Assembly: GCF_009914755.1 (NCBI RefSeq)
Contig: NC_060939.1
Length of the DNA stretch: 64,000 nucleotides
Reading direction: 5' to 3' (one strand)
Origin: the human T2T-CHM13v2.0 reference genome, Homo sapiens
Shown here: piece by piece, positions 1-11,144 of the stretch
Layout: each line of letters begins with the position of its first letter
Position numbering within the stretch: the first letter of the stretch is position 1
Notes under the pieces: generated by a model
Seen by the model: the letters and a program-made list of their open reading frames with translations, nothing else
The model's database searches: none
What the model was told of the DNA's origin: nothing
Translations under genes and position numbers: made by a program

Positions 1-209
1 GTCGGAAGTTCCCACACACCCCCATCAGGAGGTCTGACTCCGGCCACCTCCTGCCTTGCCTGAGCCTGTCCTGCTCGTGGCCCTCCCCTTCTAAGCCTGT
101 CTGAACACCCCTACCTTGGGGACCCCTCCTGTGTCTTCCTTCTCCAGGAAGCCCCTCTGATCCTCCCCCTCAGAGCTCTAGCCCTCCTCCAAGCTCCATC
201 CCTGCCCTA

Positions 210-3200
210 TCCCAGCCTTCCTATACAGCCCCACAAGTCAAAAAATCGTGACTAAAATGAAATATCTCCCTGACAAAAAACTAAAAAAAAAAAAAAAGAC
301 ACTGAAGTCTCAATTAAGACTAAAAAAAATTAAAAAAAAATAAAGTATCCTTTTTAAAAGTGGCCACTGTAAAGCCTCCAAAACCCATTCCATTAACTTA
401 AAAAACAAAAAAACCTATATAAGTAAATCAGTGGCCACTACCAAAACACAAACTAAAAACTTTACACTTATTAACAAAAAAATTTAAAAAAAAATTGAGC
501 CTTCATTTTCGCCTTAAAATTCTCCTATGTTTATAATTCAAAAAAAAAAAAAAATCCAACAAATGACACATACTAACCAACTTAAAAGCATTAATGCCGT
601 AATTCAACCCATGGAGAGTCTCCAACCTGAGTTGCCCTCTCAGGCCATAATCCCCCAAAATTGGCCTTTAATTATAATTAATCTAAAAGATTACTTTTTT
701 ACCATTCTTCTGACAAAACAAAATTTAAAAAAATTTACTTTTACTATACCAGCCATAAATAATAAAAAACCAGCCACCAGGTTTCAGTAAAAAGTGTTAC
801 GTCAAAAAATACTTAATAGTCCAACTATTTGTCAAACTTTTTTGTAACTCAAACTCTTCAACCAGTTAAACACAAGTTTTCAAACTGTTATTCATTATAT
901 TAATAATATTTTGTATACTACAAAAACAAAAACAAATTAACTATTACACATTTCTACAAGCAAAGGTTACCAACACAAGACTGACAATAATATCTAATAA
1001 AATTCAAACCTCTAATCCTTTCCATTACTTAAAAATGTAAGTTAAAAAAAACCACAAAAAATAAAAATTAAACATTAAAAACATTAAATAACTTTCAAAA
1101 ATTACTAAAAAATATTAAACTCGGCCAACTCTAGACATCCCTACTTATGCCATGTCAAATTTGTTCTCTATCTTAAAAAAAAATCCAAAATTAAATAATG
1201 AACATTAACTCCAAAGACAACTAAAAAAATTAATTAAAAAAAGTTCAGTCAACCCAAATAAATAAAATGAATCACTTAGCCCCACTCCAACTTTTAATTT
1301 TTACTACTACACATTCTCCAACAGACATTATTGTTCAAAATACAAATCTTATGAAGTGGTCCTTCCTTCCTTACAGCACAATTAAGACTTACATTGTACT
1401 TAAATCAAATGACTACATTAATTAGACAAAACTACAAATAATAAAATTATATAAAAATAACCCAAATAAAATAATTGTTCCTTTAAACAAAAAACAAATT
1501 AAACAAGCCTTTATCAATTCTGGAATATAACAAATTGGTCTTACTAATTTTATAAAAAATTATTGACAATCATTACCCAAAAACAAAAATCTTCCAGTTT
1601 TTAAAATTGACTACTTAAATTTTACCTAAAATTACCAAACATAAACCTTTAAAAAATACTCTAACGGTGTTTACTAATAGTTCCAACAATAAAAAAACAA
1701 CTTACACCAGACCAAAAAAACAAGTCATTAAAACTCAATGTCACTTAACTCAAAAAACAAAATTAGCTACTGTCATTACAATATTACAAAATTTTAATCA
1801 GCCTATTAACATTGTATCAAATTCTACATATATAATACAAACTACAAAAAAAGTTAAAACAGCCCTAATCAAATATCAAATATAATCAGTTAAACCAACT
1901 ATTTAATTTGTTACAACAAACGGTAAAAAAAAAAATTTCCCATTTTATATTACTCATATTCAAACACACACTAATTTACCAAGGCCTTTAACTAAAACAA
2001 ACAAACTAATTTACTAGTATCATCTACATTCATAAAAACACAAAAACTTCATGCCTTAACTCATATAAATACAACAAAACTAAAAAATAAATTTAATATC
2101 ACATAAAAACAAAAAATATTGTACAACATTACACCCAGTGTCAAATTCTACACCTGCCCACTCAAAAAACAAAAGTTAATCCCAAAAGTCTATGTCCTAA
2201 TTCGTTATGACAAATAAATATCACACATGTACCTTCATTTGAAAAATTGTCATTTGTCCATACAACAGTTAATACTTATTCACATTTTATATAAACAACC
2301 TACCAAACAAAAGTACTTCCCATATTAAAAAACATTTATTATCTTGTTTTACTGTCATAAAAGTTCCAAAAAAATTAAATAATAGGCCAAAATAGTGTAA
2401 TAAAACATTTCAAAAATTCTTAAATCAATAAAAAATTACACATACAACAAAAATCCCCTATAATTCCCAAATACAAACCATAATTTAAAAAACTAACACT
2501 CAAAACTCAATTAAACAATAAAAAGCATAACACTCCCCCAATACAACTTAATCTAACACTCTAAACTTTTTTAACATATATAAAAATCAGACCACTACTT
2601 CTACAAAACAACATTTTACTAATAAAAAAACCCACATAAAAAAACTAATTTAATTTAAAAAACATAAAAAATAAAAACATTAAAAAAAGCTTTACTTGTG
2701 TTTCACCAAAAAAAAAAAAATCAACTTCCTGTTTAAATACCCACTAAACATTTCAAATTCTACAATAAACCCATTAAAAATACAAAAACCCACCTCCACA
2801 AAAATACAAACACCACAATCAAGCATCATTAACTCACCAAATAAAATAATAACATCAAAAAAAACAAAGTCGCCATCCACCAAAAAAACAAAGCCACCAA
2901 CTTAAACACAATTAAAAAAACTAACACAGTTAACTAAAAAAAAACCCAAAAAAACACAAAAGTGACACAAACTCCAAAAAAATACTGTTTATGGCTTTAA
3001 TAATTATATCAACAATAGTAAGTATCCCCATGTCTACAAAAACAACTACAACTAATTATACTAAGCCTATGTACCTTTCCCACCCTTAATTCAAACAGTC
3101 ACATAAATAAATAATCCTATTAAAATATATATTAATAATACATGGGTACCAGGCCCCACAAATAATCGTTGCCCTGCCCAACCTAAAAATAATAATAATA

Positions 3201-3690
3201 TAAATATTTCCATTAAATATTATTATCCTATTTGCCTAAAAAAGACACCAAAATATTTAATACCTACAACCCAAAATTAGTAAAAGTACCTACTATCAAT
3301 ACCAATAAATTTACTTGTCACATAGTAAGTAAAATGTCACTCAAACCACAAATAATTTACAAAACTCTTCTTTTCAAAAATCATTAAAATCTAAACCTAA
3401 AAAAAAACCTTGCCCCTAAAAAATCAAAAGATCCAAAAGTCTTAGTTTAAAAAAATGTATAACTAATACTACAATAATACTACAAAACAATAAATTCAAA
3501 ACTATTATAAACTAGGCCCCTCAAAACCAATTATATTGTAATTCTATGGGCCAAACTCACTCGTGTTCGCAGGCCCCATCCATCTGGCCCATTAATCCAG
3601 CCTATAATAATAATTTAACTAAAAAACTAAACCAAATTTATAAAAACTTAAAATCACCCTATCCATAAAAATAAAATTAAAAAAAAATTT
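210..3690 (+). mobile_element. HERV-K(HML-2) internal fragment (end of pro, pol, 5' part of env), type 2, massively G-to-A hypermutated
   Basis: ORF 527-790 ([39 protein letters not shown]...[16 protein letters not shown]) is HML-2 RT with G-to-A changes. The YIDD motif reads YINN at 896-907 and Trp codons read TAA. The env start ATG reads ATA at ~2765, and the pol-env 292-nt segment is retained. Left boundary is approximate. Confidence 0.95.
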
Positions 3691-3696
3691 TTTTTT

Positions 3697-4353
3697 ACTA
3701 TGCGTAAATGTATGCATAGGCCAGATTTATACTTCTCTCCACCCAAACATCTCAGTGTAGTAAAAAGTAACAGAACAACATTGCCGCCAACATATCTCGC
3801 CTCCAGCCACAGGGCGGTTTTCTCCTATCTCAAAATAAAACGAATGTACAATCGGGTTTTACACCGAGACACTCCGTTCCCAGGGGCATACAAGAGATGG
3901 AGGCCTTCCTCTTACTAATCCTCCTCAACACAGACCCTTTATGGGTGTCGGACTGGAAGACGGTCAGGTCTTTCCCTTCCCATGAGGCCGTATCTCAGAC
4001 CGTCTCAGTGGGGAAAAACCTTGGACAATACCCAGACTTTCTTGGGCAGAGGTCCCTGCAGCTTTCCGCAGTGTATTGTGCCCCTGGTTAATCAAAAATG
4101 AAAAATGACAATAATTTTTACCAAAAATACTGCCCGTAAACATATTATTAACAAGACACATTCTACACAGCCCTAGATCCCTTAAACCTTAATTCTATAC
4201 AACACGTGTTTCTGTAAACACAGGGTTGAAACTAAAGTTACAAATGAACATCTCAAAACAATTATTCAGGGTACAAATCAAAATGAGGTTTCTTATGTCT
4301 TCCTTTTCTACATAGACACAGTAACAGTCTGATCTCTCTTTCTTTTCCCTACA
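3697..4353 (-). mobile_element. Partial LTR5 (LTR5B/LTR5A-like), U3 start to just past the TATA box, inverted relative to the internal fragment
   Basis: Reverse strand from 4353 reads TGTAGGGAAAAGAAAGAGAGATCAGACTGTTACTGTGTCTATGTAGAAAAGGAAGACATAAG, the LTR5 5' end. It stops after TATAAATCTGGCCTATGCATACATTTACGCATAGTA. Confidence 0.93.
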
Positions 4354-4922
4354 GACACCAGGCTTCCCTTCCCCTGGAGCAGCCAGACCTTCTGTGGTAT
4401 CTTGAGCAAGCGCCTGGTCCTGTCTGGGCCTCTGCAGACTCAAGGTCTGGTGCCTGACTTACACCCTGTTGTCATATCCTGCCATCTGGCCCCATATGGA
4501 GTCCTACAGGGGACTCTCAGACCCAGGCGTGAGCACTGGCTCAGGCCCCTCTCAGAGGTCTGGCGGCCCAGCATCTGCCCACGGGCCTCCTCTCCCCCTC
4601 CTTTTCTCCAGGCTCCTGCCTCTGCCACAGTTCCCTGGAGGTGGCCTCTAGCCTGGCCCAGGGGCTCACACACTCCTGAAGGAGGCAGGGCCAGACTCAG
4701 GCAAGGCCTTGGAGGACACATCCCAGTGGGCAGGGCCCAGCACTCTTGGGGTGGAACTACAGGGAGGAGAGGCAGGGCAATTGAGGCTTGAGGTGCCTGG
4801 CCTCACCCAAGGTGACCAGCCTGCTCCTTTTCCTCAGTCTCAGAGGGAGCAGAGGACGGAGGTGGGGAAGAGAGGCCAGGGACACAGTAGGGCTTGGTTA
4901 TGGATGATGGGGGGTCCTTGTG

Positions 4923-5297
4923 TGATATAATTAGGCTTTGTGTCTCCACCCAAATCTCATCTTGAATTATCCCCATTTTCCCCACCTGTCAAGGGAGAGA
5001 CCAGGTGGACGTAATTGGTGGATCATGGGAAGGGTTTCCCCCATGCTGTTCTCATGACAGTGAGTGAGTTCTCATGAGATCTGATGGTTTTATAAGGGGC
5101 TTTTCCTACTTGTTCAGCACTTCTCCTTCCTGCCACCTCGTGAAGTTTCCTTGCTTCCCCTTCACCTTCCGCTGTGATTGTAAGTTTCCTGACACCTCCC
5201 CAGACATGCTGAACTGTGAGTCAATTAAACCTTTTTCTTTTACAAGCTATCCAGTCTCGTGCAGTTCTTTATAGCAGTATGAAAACAGACTAATACA
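4923..5297 (+). mobile_element. MaLR solo LTR, THE1 family (THE1D-like)
   Basis: Starts TGATAT...CACCCAAATCTCATCTTGAATT, contains GAGTTCTCATGAGATCTGATGGTTTTATAAG and AACTGTGAGTCAATTAAACC, ends GACTAATACA. Confidence 0.88.
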
Positions 5298-5369
5298 CTG
5301 TCCCTGCTGAGGGCTGCCCGGCTGGGCTCTCCCTGCATTGGCACCTGGGTTGCCAGTAGCACATTATTT

Positions 5370-6735
5370 GGTCTAACAGTTTTTGTTTATCATTCTGAAA
5401 CTGAGCTTATCTAATACATTGATAAATTATTTCAAAGGTATTTTTATAGTTCAAATCGCTTCACTTTTACCCTGACACGTATAAATGACTAGGAATGACC
5501 TTCAGATAGCGTTTAGCAACTGTAACCAATCTGACAATAATGTGTTCATCAGGTACCTGTGGATTAAATCACATACTGGCATATTTAAACTGAAAGTAAG
5601 TCTGAAAAATAAATGTACTATATTAACTCAAATACCACTCTTTGTGTAGGTATTTTGTCATATGTTTAAGAAAAAGCTAAAAAGAATGGAAATCCTATGA
5701 CAATAACTTAAGTCTTTCTTCAAAGTGCATGCAGTCTTTTGCAGTACCTCATTCAGCCAAGTATTTGTTCTCTTATTCAGTATAAGGCAGCTTTCAATTT
5801 GCTTGGAAGGCAACATTGGAAGGTTAGAGTTCAGCAGGAACATAGAATTTTAAAATGTGACTTCAACTGAATAAATTTGAATTTCTCTAGGGAGTAAAGA
5901 ATCAAAATACCTACTTAAAGACTACAATATGTGATAATTATTTTTAAAGTAATTATGATTAAACCTGGTAGGTTTTCCCGAAATGAAAAAAAAAAAAACA
6001 GTTCTAAAACCAAAGCTGATTTTTAGAAAATGTGAAAATGTAAATCAACCCTATCCATAATAGATTCTCTAAAACTTTATCTTACAGTCACTTTCAAATA
6101 ACTATTCAAAAATGTAACTGCTATATTAACGTCTTAAAATAATTTAAAACATTTTAAAATATGAATACTGTAGTTTAAAACAAAGAATCTAGGGGAAGGA
6201 AAAGTAGACAAAGAAATGCCAATTCCAGTCCAAAGCTGTATTTGCCAAGTTTTCTTAGAATGACTTTTACCGATTTATGAATTCTTATAAACAGAATGCA
6301 TAATGGAAATACTGATTTTTGTCTAAAGTGGCATTATTGACTGCTTCTGTGATGCTACTGTAATGTAATACATTATTAAATTGTTTCAAGGTGCTGTTTT
6401 GCCTAAAAATTTTGTGTGTCTTGAAAACTATAGTATTGGGTATTGAGACTCTGCAAATTCTCGGCATGCTTGGCATGAGGTAATCGGTTTTTATTCTTAC
6501 AAAATTGTAACTATGTAAGTGTGTTTATTAAAAGAACACAAACTAAAAAAGTTAACAGAAATTAAAGTTGTGGGATGAAAAAGTTACAGGATAAAAAAAT
6601 ACTGTGGAAAAGTGGCAAAAAAAAGTTGTGGAAAAAAAGTAAAAAAAAGTTTTATGAAAAGTTATTTTAAAAAGTTATGAAAAATTAGTTACAGGATTTA
6701 AAAAAAGTCATGGGATAAAAATAAAAATAAATAAA
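5370..6735 (+). pseudogene. AT-rich retroposed 3'UTR segment of the chr15 GOLGA core duplicon (ITSN2 3'UTR-derived) ending in a degenerate poly(A) tail
   Basis: Resembles GOLGA6/GOLGA8 3'UTR sequence from recall. An A-rich decayed tail at ~6530-6735 abuts GOLGA2-like 3'UTR. The GOLGA2-ITSN2 UTR fusion is the known chr15 core element. Left boundary is approximate. Confidence 0.6.
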
Positions 6736-7355
6736 AGCAGGCCCCTGTCAGCATAAGCCTGGAGAAGTGGGTCTGGAGTCTTCACCCCCACCATGTCCCT
6801 ACAACCCCTCCCCAGTCAGCCCTTTACCATTAGGGTAGCAAGACAAGACCCTTGTCTAATGGAGGGAGACAAACAGACCCTTTACCACCTTGACCAAGGC
6901 TGAGTCCTTACATTTCTGGATGATGATGTTTGTTATTTAAGAGCCAGAGGTTGGTGGAGTTGGTTTGTTTGGAGGAGGTCTGACGGCCTTCTTACTCTCA
7001 CCAAAGCAACTTTTCCCTCAGGGGGGCTCCCATCTTCTTACTCAGAGAGGCAGCTGAGGCGGGACAGTGGAGTTAACTGTAGACCAGGCCAGGGCACAGG
7101 CTGCTGGGGGTGGCCCCCCTTCCCCCGTGTACATACTGTAGCTGTGTAACATTCTGTATCGTACCTAGCGGAGGTTGCAGCTGGCATATGAGGAAGAGGT
7201 TCTTATAATTATTCGCGGCTGGGAAACTTATTTATTGCTAGCATAGGAGCGAGGAAGCAGGCGGGGATGGGGTCATGGCTGCCTGGTGATGGGACTCCTG
7301 TTTTTTGTTTTTTGTTTTTTGCTTTTGATTTTGGAATAAATGGATTTAGCCATAC
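6735..7355 (+). pseudogene. GOLGA2P: GOLGA2-derived 3'UTR with polyadenylation signal
   Basis: AAGCAGGCCCCTGTCAGCATAAGCCTGGAGAAGTGGG resembles the sequence just after the GOLGA2 stop. AATAAA is at 7335-7340. It lies convergent with the DNM1 3' end, as at the ancestral 9q34 locus. Confidence 0.65.
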
Positions 7356-7359
7356 TGCT

Positions 7360-8229
7360 CGGCCTGGTATGTTCCCATTTCCCTCACTGGGTCCTGCAGT
7401 TTGTCCCACTGAATGAGGAGCCCCAGAGTGTCTCAGCATGTCCAGCTGGGCTGTTGGGGACCTTCCAGGCCTGTTACCTGTATGCTGCCTGGTGACACCT
7501 GGTGGATTTCATGGGGACTGCCATGGCGCCTACGGAGTACACTCTGGCCCTGACAGCCAACTGGTTGAGAAGCCTGATCTAGCTGTGGCAGGGAAGACAG
7601 ATACCAGTGCCCAAGGGCACTGACTTCCATCCACCCCAGGTGTCTTCCGTTCTGTCCCCCTGCCTCCCTCTCCTGTCTGCACCGGGTGGCCTGTCTGTCC
7701 CTCCAGAGTGCCGGCTGCCCCGCAGGTTCCCTCCAGGCTGAGTTCAGGGCCCTGTCCCCTAGTGGCCAGAGCTGGCTTCACAGGGTAAGAGCCAGCTAAG
7801 CTCCAGGGACTTTCCAGGAAAAGTGTCCCTTGAAAAGGGTGTGACCTTTTCACTGCTCCCAACAGCACCCTAAAAATGGCTTGGCCTTTTCCATCCCCTG
7901 AGCTCCATAGAGAACACAGCCAGCAGAGGACACATTCTCTGTCATCCAGAAATGGGTTTCTCAGCCAAGGGACAGCAGGACTGGTAGAGACTGTCAGGCC
8001 ACACAGCTGCCTGCACAGCACCGCCATGCTTGGCCAGAAGGGCGGGAGGGATGGCGGGGGCTGGCTGTCCACAGGCCGCGCATGTCCCGGAAGCTCACTG
8101 GAGGTGGTGCACTTTGGAGGGGCGATGTCAGGAGACAGCTTCCTCTTGCTGGGCTACAAGATTCCACAAGCACAGCACGGGACTGATTCCCAGTGCTAGA
8201 GGTGAGGCAGTTGGCCACGTATATATATG

Positions 8230-8284
<55 letters not shown>

Positions 8285-8562
8285 ATTTATAGCTATTTAT
8301 AGAACAGGGCAGGGGCATACCACAGAGGGGGCACAAGTTTTCAGCAACGGTCACACCTGGACGTGTCAGCTCACCACTACAACAGACTAAGTCACAGAAG
8401 AAGGGGGCTGGCTTTGGGGCTGGGGGAGCCACTGTCAAGTCACAGGACACCCGCCCAGGCAGGCTTGGAAAGGGAGGTCTCTGAGAAGAGGAGGGATGTG
8501 TTTAGAGGTCGAAGTGGGGCCTGGGGCTCTCAGGACGGGATGGACTTGCCTGACCCGATCAG
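7360..8562 (-). pseudogene. DNM1P: DNM1 pseudogene terminal exon and 3'UTR
   Basis: Reverse strand has a pyrimidine tract plus AG acceptor, then a frame reading [18 protein letters not shown] (8502-8562), matching the DNM1 C-terminus [20 protein letters not shown]. DNM1-like 3'UTR follows. Distal end is approximate. Confidence 0.92.
8236..8283. repeat. (TG)n(AG)n microsatellite
   Basis: Directly visible. Confidence 0.97.
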
Positions 8563-8659
8563 CTGGCAGTTGGAGAGAAAGCAGAGAGAAAACGGGTTAG
8601 AGAAAAGCCAGAGCTGGTTGAGGCAAGTGCAGAGTATGGGTGCGCTGCAGCAGCTGTGG

Positions 8660-11144
8660 AGGGCCGGGGAGGGGAGGGCGTAGGTGTGGGCGTGGCAAGG
8701 TTCCTGGAAAAGAGGGGCTGGAAGGGAAAGGGGAGGGAGATGGAGGGAGAAGCCAGAGCTTCATAGGTAGTGCCTGGGGACTGCGGCGGCCCTCCCTACC
8801 CCACACACGCTGGCCTGTCTCATGGAACCCAGGCAATCCACCCATCCACCCACAGTTCAGACCAATGCCAGCTCCCTCGGGCTTCCCTCTTCTGTGGTCC
8901 CCATGTCTTCCAACGCACTGGCCCAGGGCCACCTCTTGCTTGGAGAGCCCCATCCAACAGCCACCAGACCTGATAGAGAAGGAACACTGATTGAACCAAA
9001 ATGGTGGAGCTATAAGGGATGGCTGGCTGGAGTGAATGCCAGAGGCCCCTCTGGGCCATCAGAAAGCCCAGGGTCCTCTGAGGAACCCTGGGGAAGGCAG
9101 GGAGGGCAGGTAGCCGGATGCCATTGGCCATAGACTTCTAAGTCTAAGAGGGGAGCCTTAACTGGTTGGCGGGGGGCTGCAGGTTACATAGGTGAGGCTG
9201 GGCCCTTCCTGCTGGGAAAAGCAGAAGAGGGAGACTCCGTGGCAGGAAAGGGAAGTGAGCTCTCTAGGCGGAGCTCAGCTGGGCCAGCAGCACTATTGGC
9301 TGAATAGCACAGGCAACCCCTAGAAGCAACAGGCCAAGGTGCGTGAGCCTGCTGGCCAGCAGTAGTGCTTCAGCAGGGGCCAGGGACCCTGCCTTCAGTC
9401 GCACGCTAGCAGCTATCATGGTACCTGGGAGGGAGGGAAGGGGGCTGTGTGTCCTTCCATGGCCTATGAAGTGTGTTGTGGGATGACCGCGTGTATAGGA
9501 CTCTCAGGCTTTTATCCTAGATCACCACTGGATTGCTGACAGATAGAGGACGTGGGACCGTGACTATCACCCCTAATCTGCCGTGGATTTGGCTCTTGGC
9601 ACTCCCAGGCTGGGAGCTGGATACCTGCCCTGGCAGCATGACTCAGACTGCGTGACAGGTACGGCGTGCCCAGGATGATGTTCCCAGGCCTCTGGCCGCC
9701 TGAGTCCAGCCCCCCACACAACCCCCTCCAAGCTCCCAGCCCCTACACCATAAACCATGAGCTCTGTGCCCTCTCTGATGGTTCCACAACTGCCACCTTG
9801 GGCATGGAGCCTGTTGTAAGAGCCCCCAGGCTCAGCCATGGAGACCTTGAGCAGTGGCACTGAGTCCCATGGCTCACAGGGAGCAAAGTGAGACAGCCAG
9901 CAGCACAAGGACAGAAAGAGGAAAGAGCAAGTCTGCAGCTCCAGAAGGGAGGGGCAGGGAGCCTGGCTCTGAGGCTCCAGGTATGCCCCCTGTGTGGAGC
10001 TGGGGCAGCGGGGCAGGCAGACCATTCATGCAGCAGGCAGTGAGGCATGTACCTACCATGGCTGACGCTCCTCAGGGGCCACTGATAGTGATTCTGAAAG
10101 ACAGCTTCAAATCACATGGCAGGTCCCATGCATGGGTGGGGCAGGCCTGGGGGTGGGGGACACACACACGCACATGCCGGAGTGTGCACACACATGCTGT
10201 GAGGCCCCACGGCCCGCATGCACACTCACACACATGCCCACAAACAACACGCATACGTCGCCCTCCCCGCCACCTCCCAATGCCCAGCACCCTCACCGGC
10301 CGGCACGTGCCGCATGGATCTGGGGCGTGCAGCCACTCGGCACGCTGAAGCACATGCGTGGGCAGAGTCACAACACAGATGCTCACCCGCACACAGAGGC
10401 ATTTGCACCAGCTCCCTGCACACTCGTGCCTGGCGTGCTCAGAGGACCACCCATGCTGCTCAGGGAGACAGGGCTTGCTCACTAATGTCCGGCTGTCATT
10501 TCTCCACCTAAGAGCCTTCCATGGCTCCCTACTGCCTACAGCGTTGAATCCCAACAAGTCATACTCTTTGGACTTTGAAGGTTCTCCACCCTGTGCCCCA
10601 CCCTCCCCACAGAGCTCTTCCTCATTCTGTCTCTGTTCCCTGCTTTGGCCAGTGGCTATCCGCGATGTGACCCACACTACACCTCTGCCCACACTGCAGC
10701 TCTTTACCCAGTTGCCCTCCAGTTCCTCACCACGTATGCCTATCTCAGTCATGCCCCAGACTGCATTGAAGCCAGGCTGCCTTGAAGAAGCTCTCCCAGA
10801 CTGCCCTTTTCCCCAAGGCAGGGTCATGATTTACCAAAGGTTTCGTGTGTGTTAGCAAGACTGGAGTCGGAGCAGGCATCAAACTTTACATCCCATATGT
10901 CACACCTCACCATAGATCTGGGTGCCAAATAGCCTGAAGAGTCTGAACTCACGTTGGAAGTTAGCAAAGTGCTCCTACAGCCGCATCTGCAGTTAACATA
11001 GTATCCCTATGGCCACTGTCTCCCTTGATCCCCACAGCCATCCTAGGAGAAAGGCAGAACGTCATTTGCTAGAAGGGATGCTGAGGCTCTGGGAGGGAAA
11101 GGGACTTGCCTAAAGCCCCAGGGTGAAGCAGCATCTCTGGACTC
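8660..11144 (-). repeat. DNM1P: Inverted duplicate of DNM1P intron (pairs with 41369-43855)
   Basis: Reverse-complement identity along the segment. Near-identical spurious ORFs occur on opposite strands (10072-10827- vs 41634-42404+; 9573-10025- vs 42486-42938+). Confidence 0.97.
10057..10093 (-). pseudogene. DNM1P: DNM1 alternative 37-nt exon (short 'xb' tail, RITISDP)
   Basis: ctttcag|AATCACTATCAGTGGCCCCTGAGGAGCGTCAGCCATG|gtaggt, encoding (R)ITISGP*. Confidence 0.88.

Noticed and set aside
210-3690. Low-complexity A-rich DNA or a mitochondrial insertion (G-poor strand)
   Set aside because: Colinear HML-2 pro/pol/env motifs explain the whole tract.
3697-4353. SVA SINE-R as the source of the LTR-like piece
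   Set aside because: No VNTR, Alu-like or hexamer region is present, and the piece begins exactly at the LTR 5' terminus with U3 continuous through the TATA box.
212-4367. CCAGCCTTCC (212-221) vs CCAGGCTTCC (4358-4367) as a TSD for the HERV-K element
   Set aside because: The match is imperfect, is offset 4 nt from the LTR end, is longer than the 5-6 bp HML-2 TSD, and the left copy may be viral sequence.
7200-11144. Many overlapping 60-250 aa ORFs (and their mirrors at 41500-43800)
   Set aside because: They lie in GC-rich DNM1 intron/UTR, recur only because of the inverted duplication, and show no protein-family signal.
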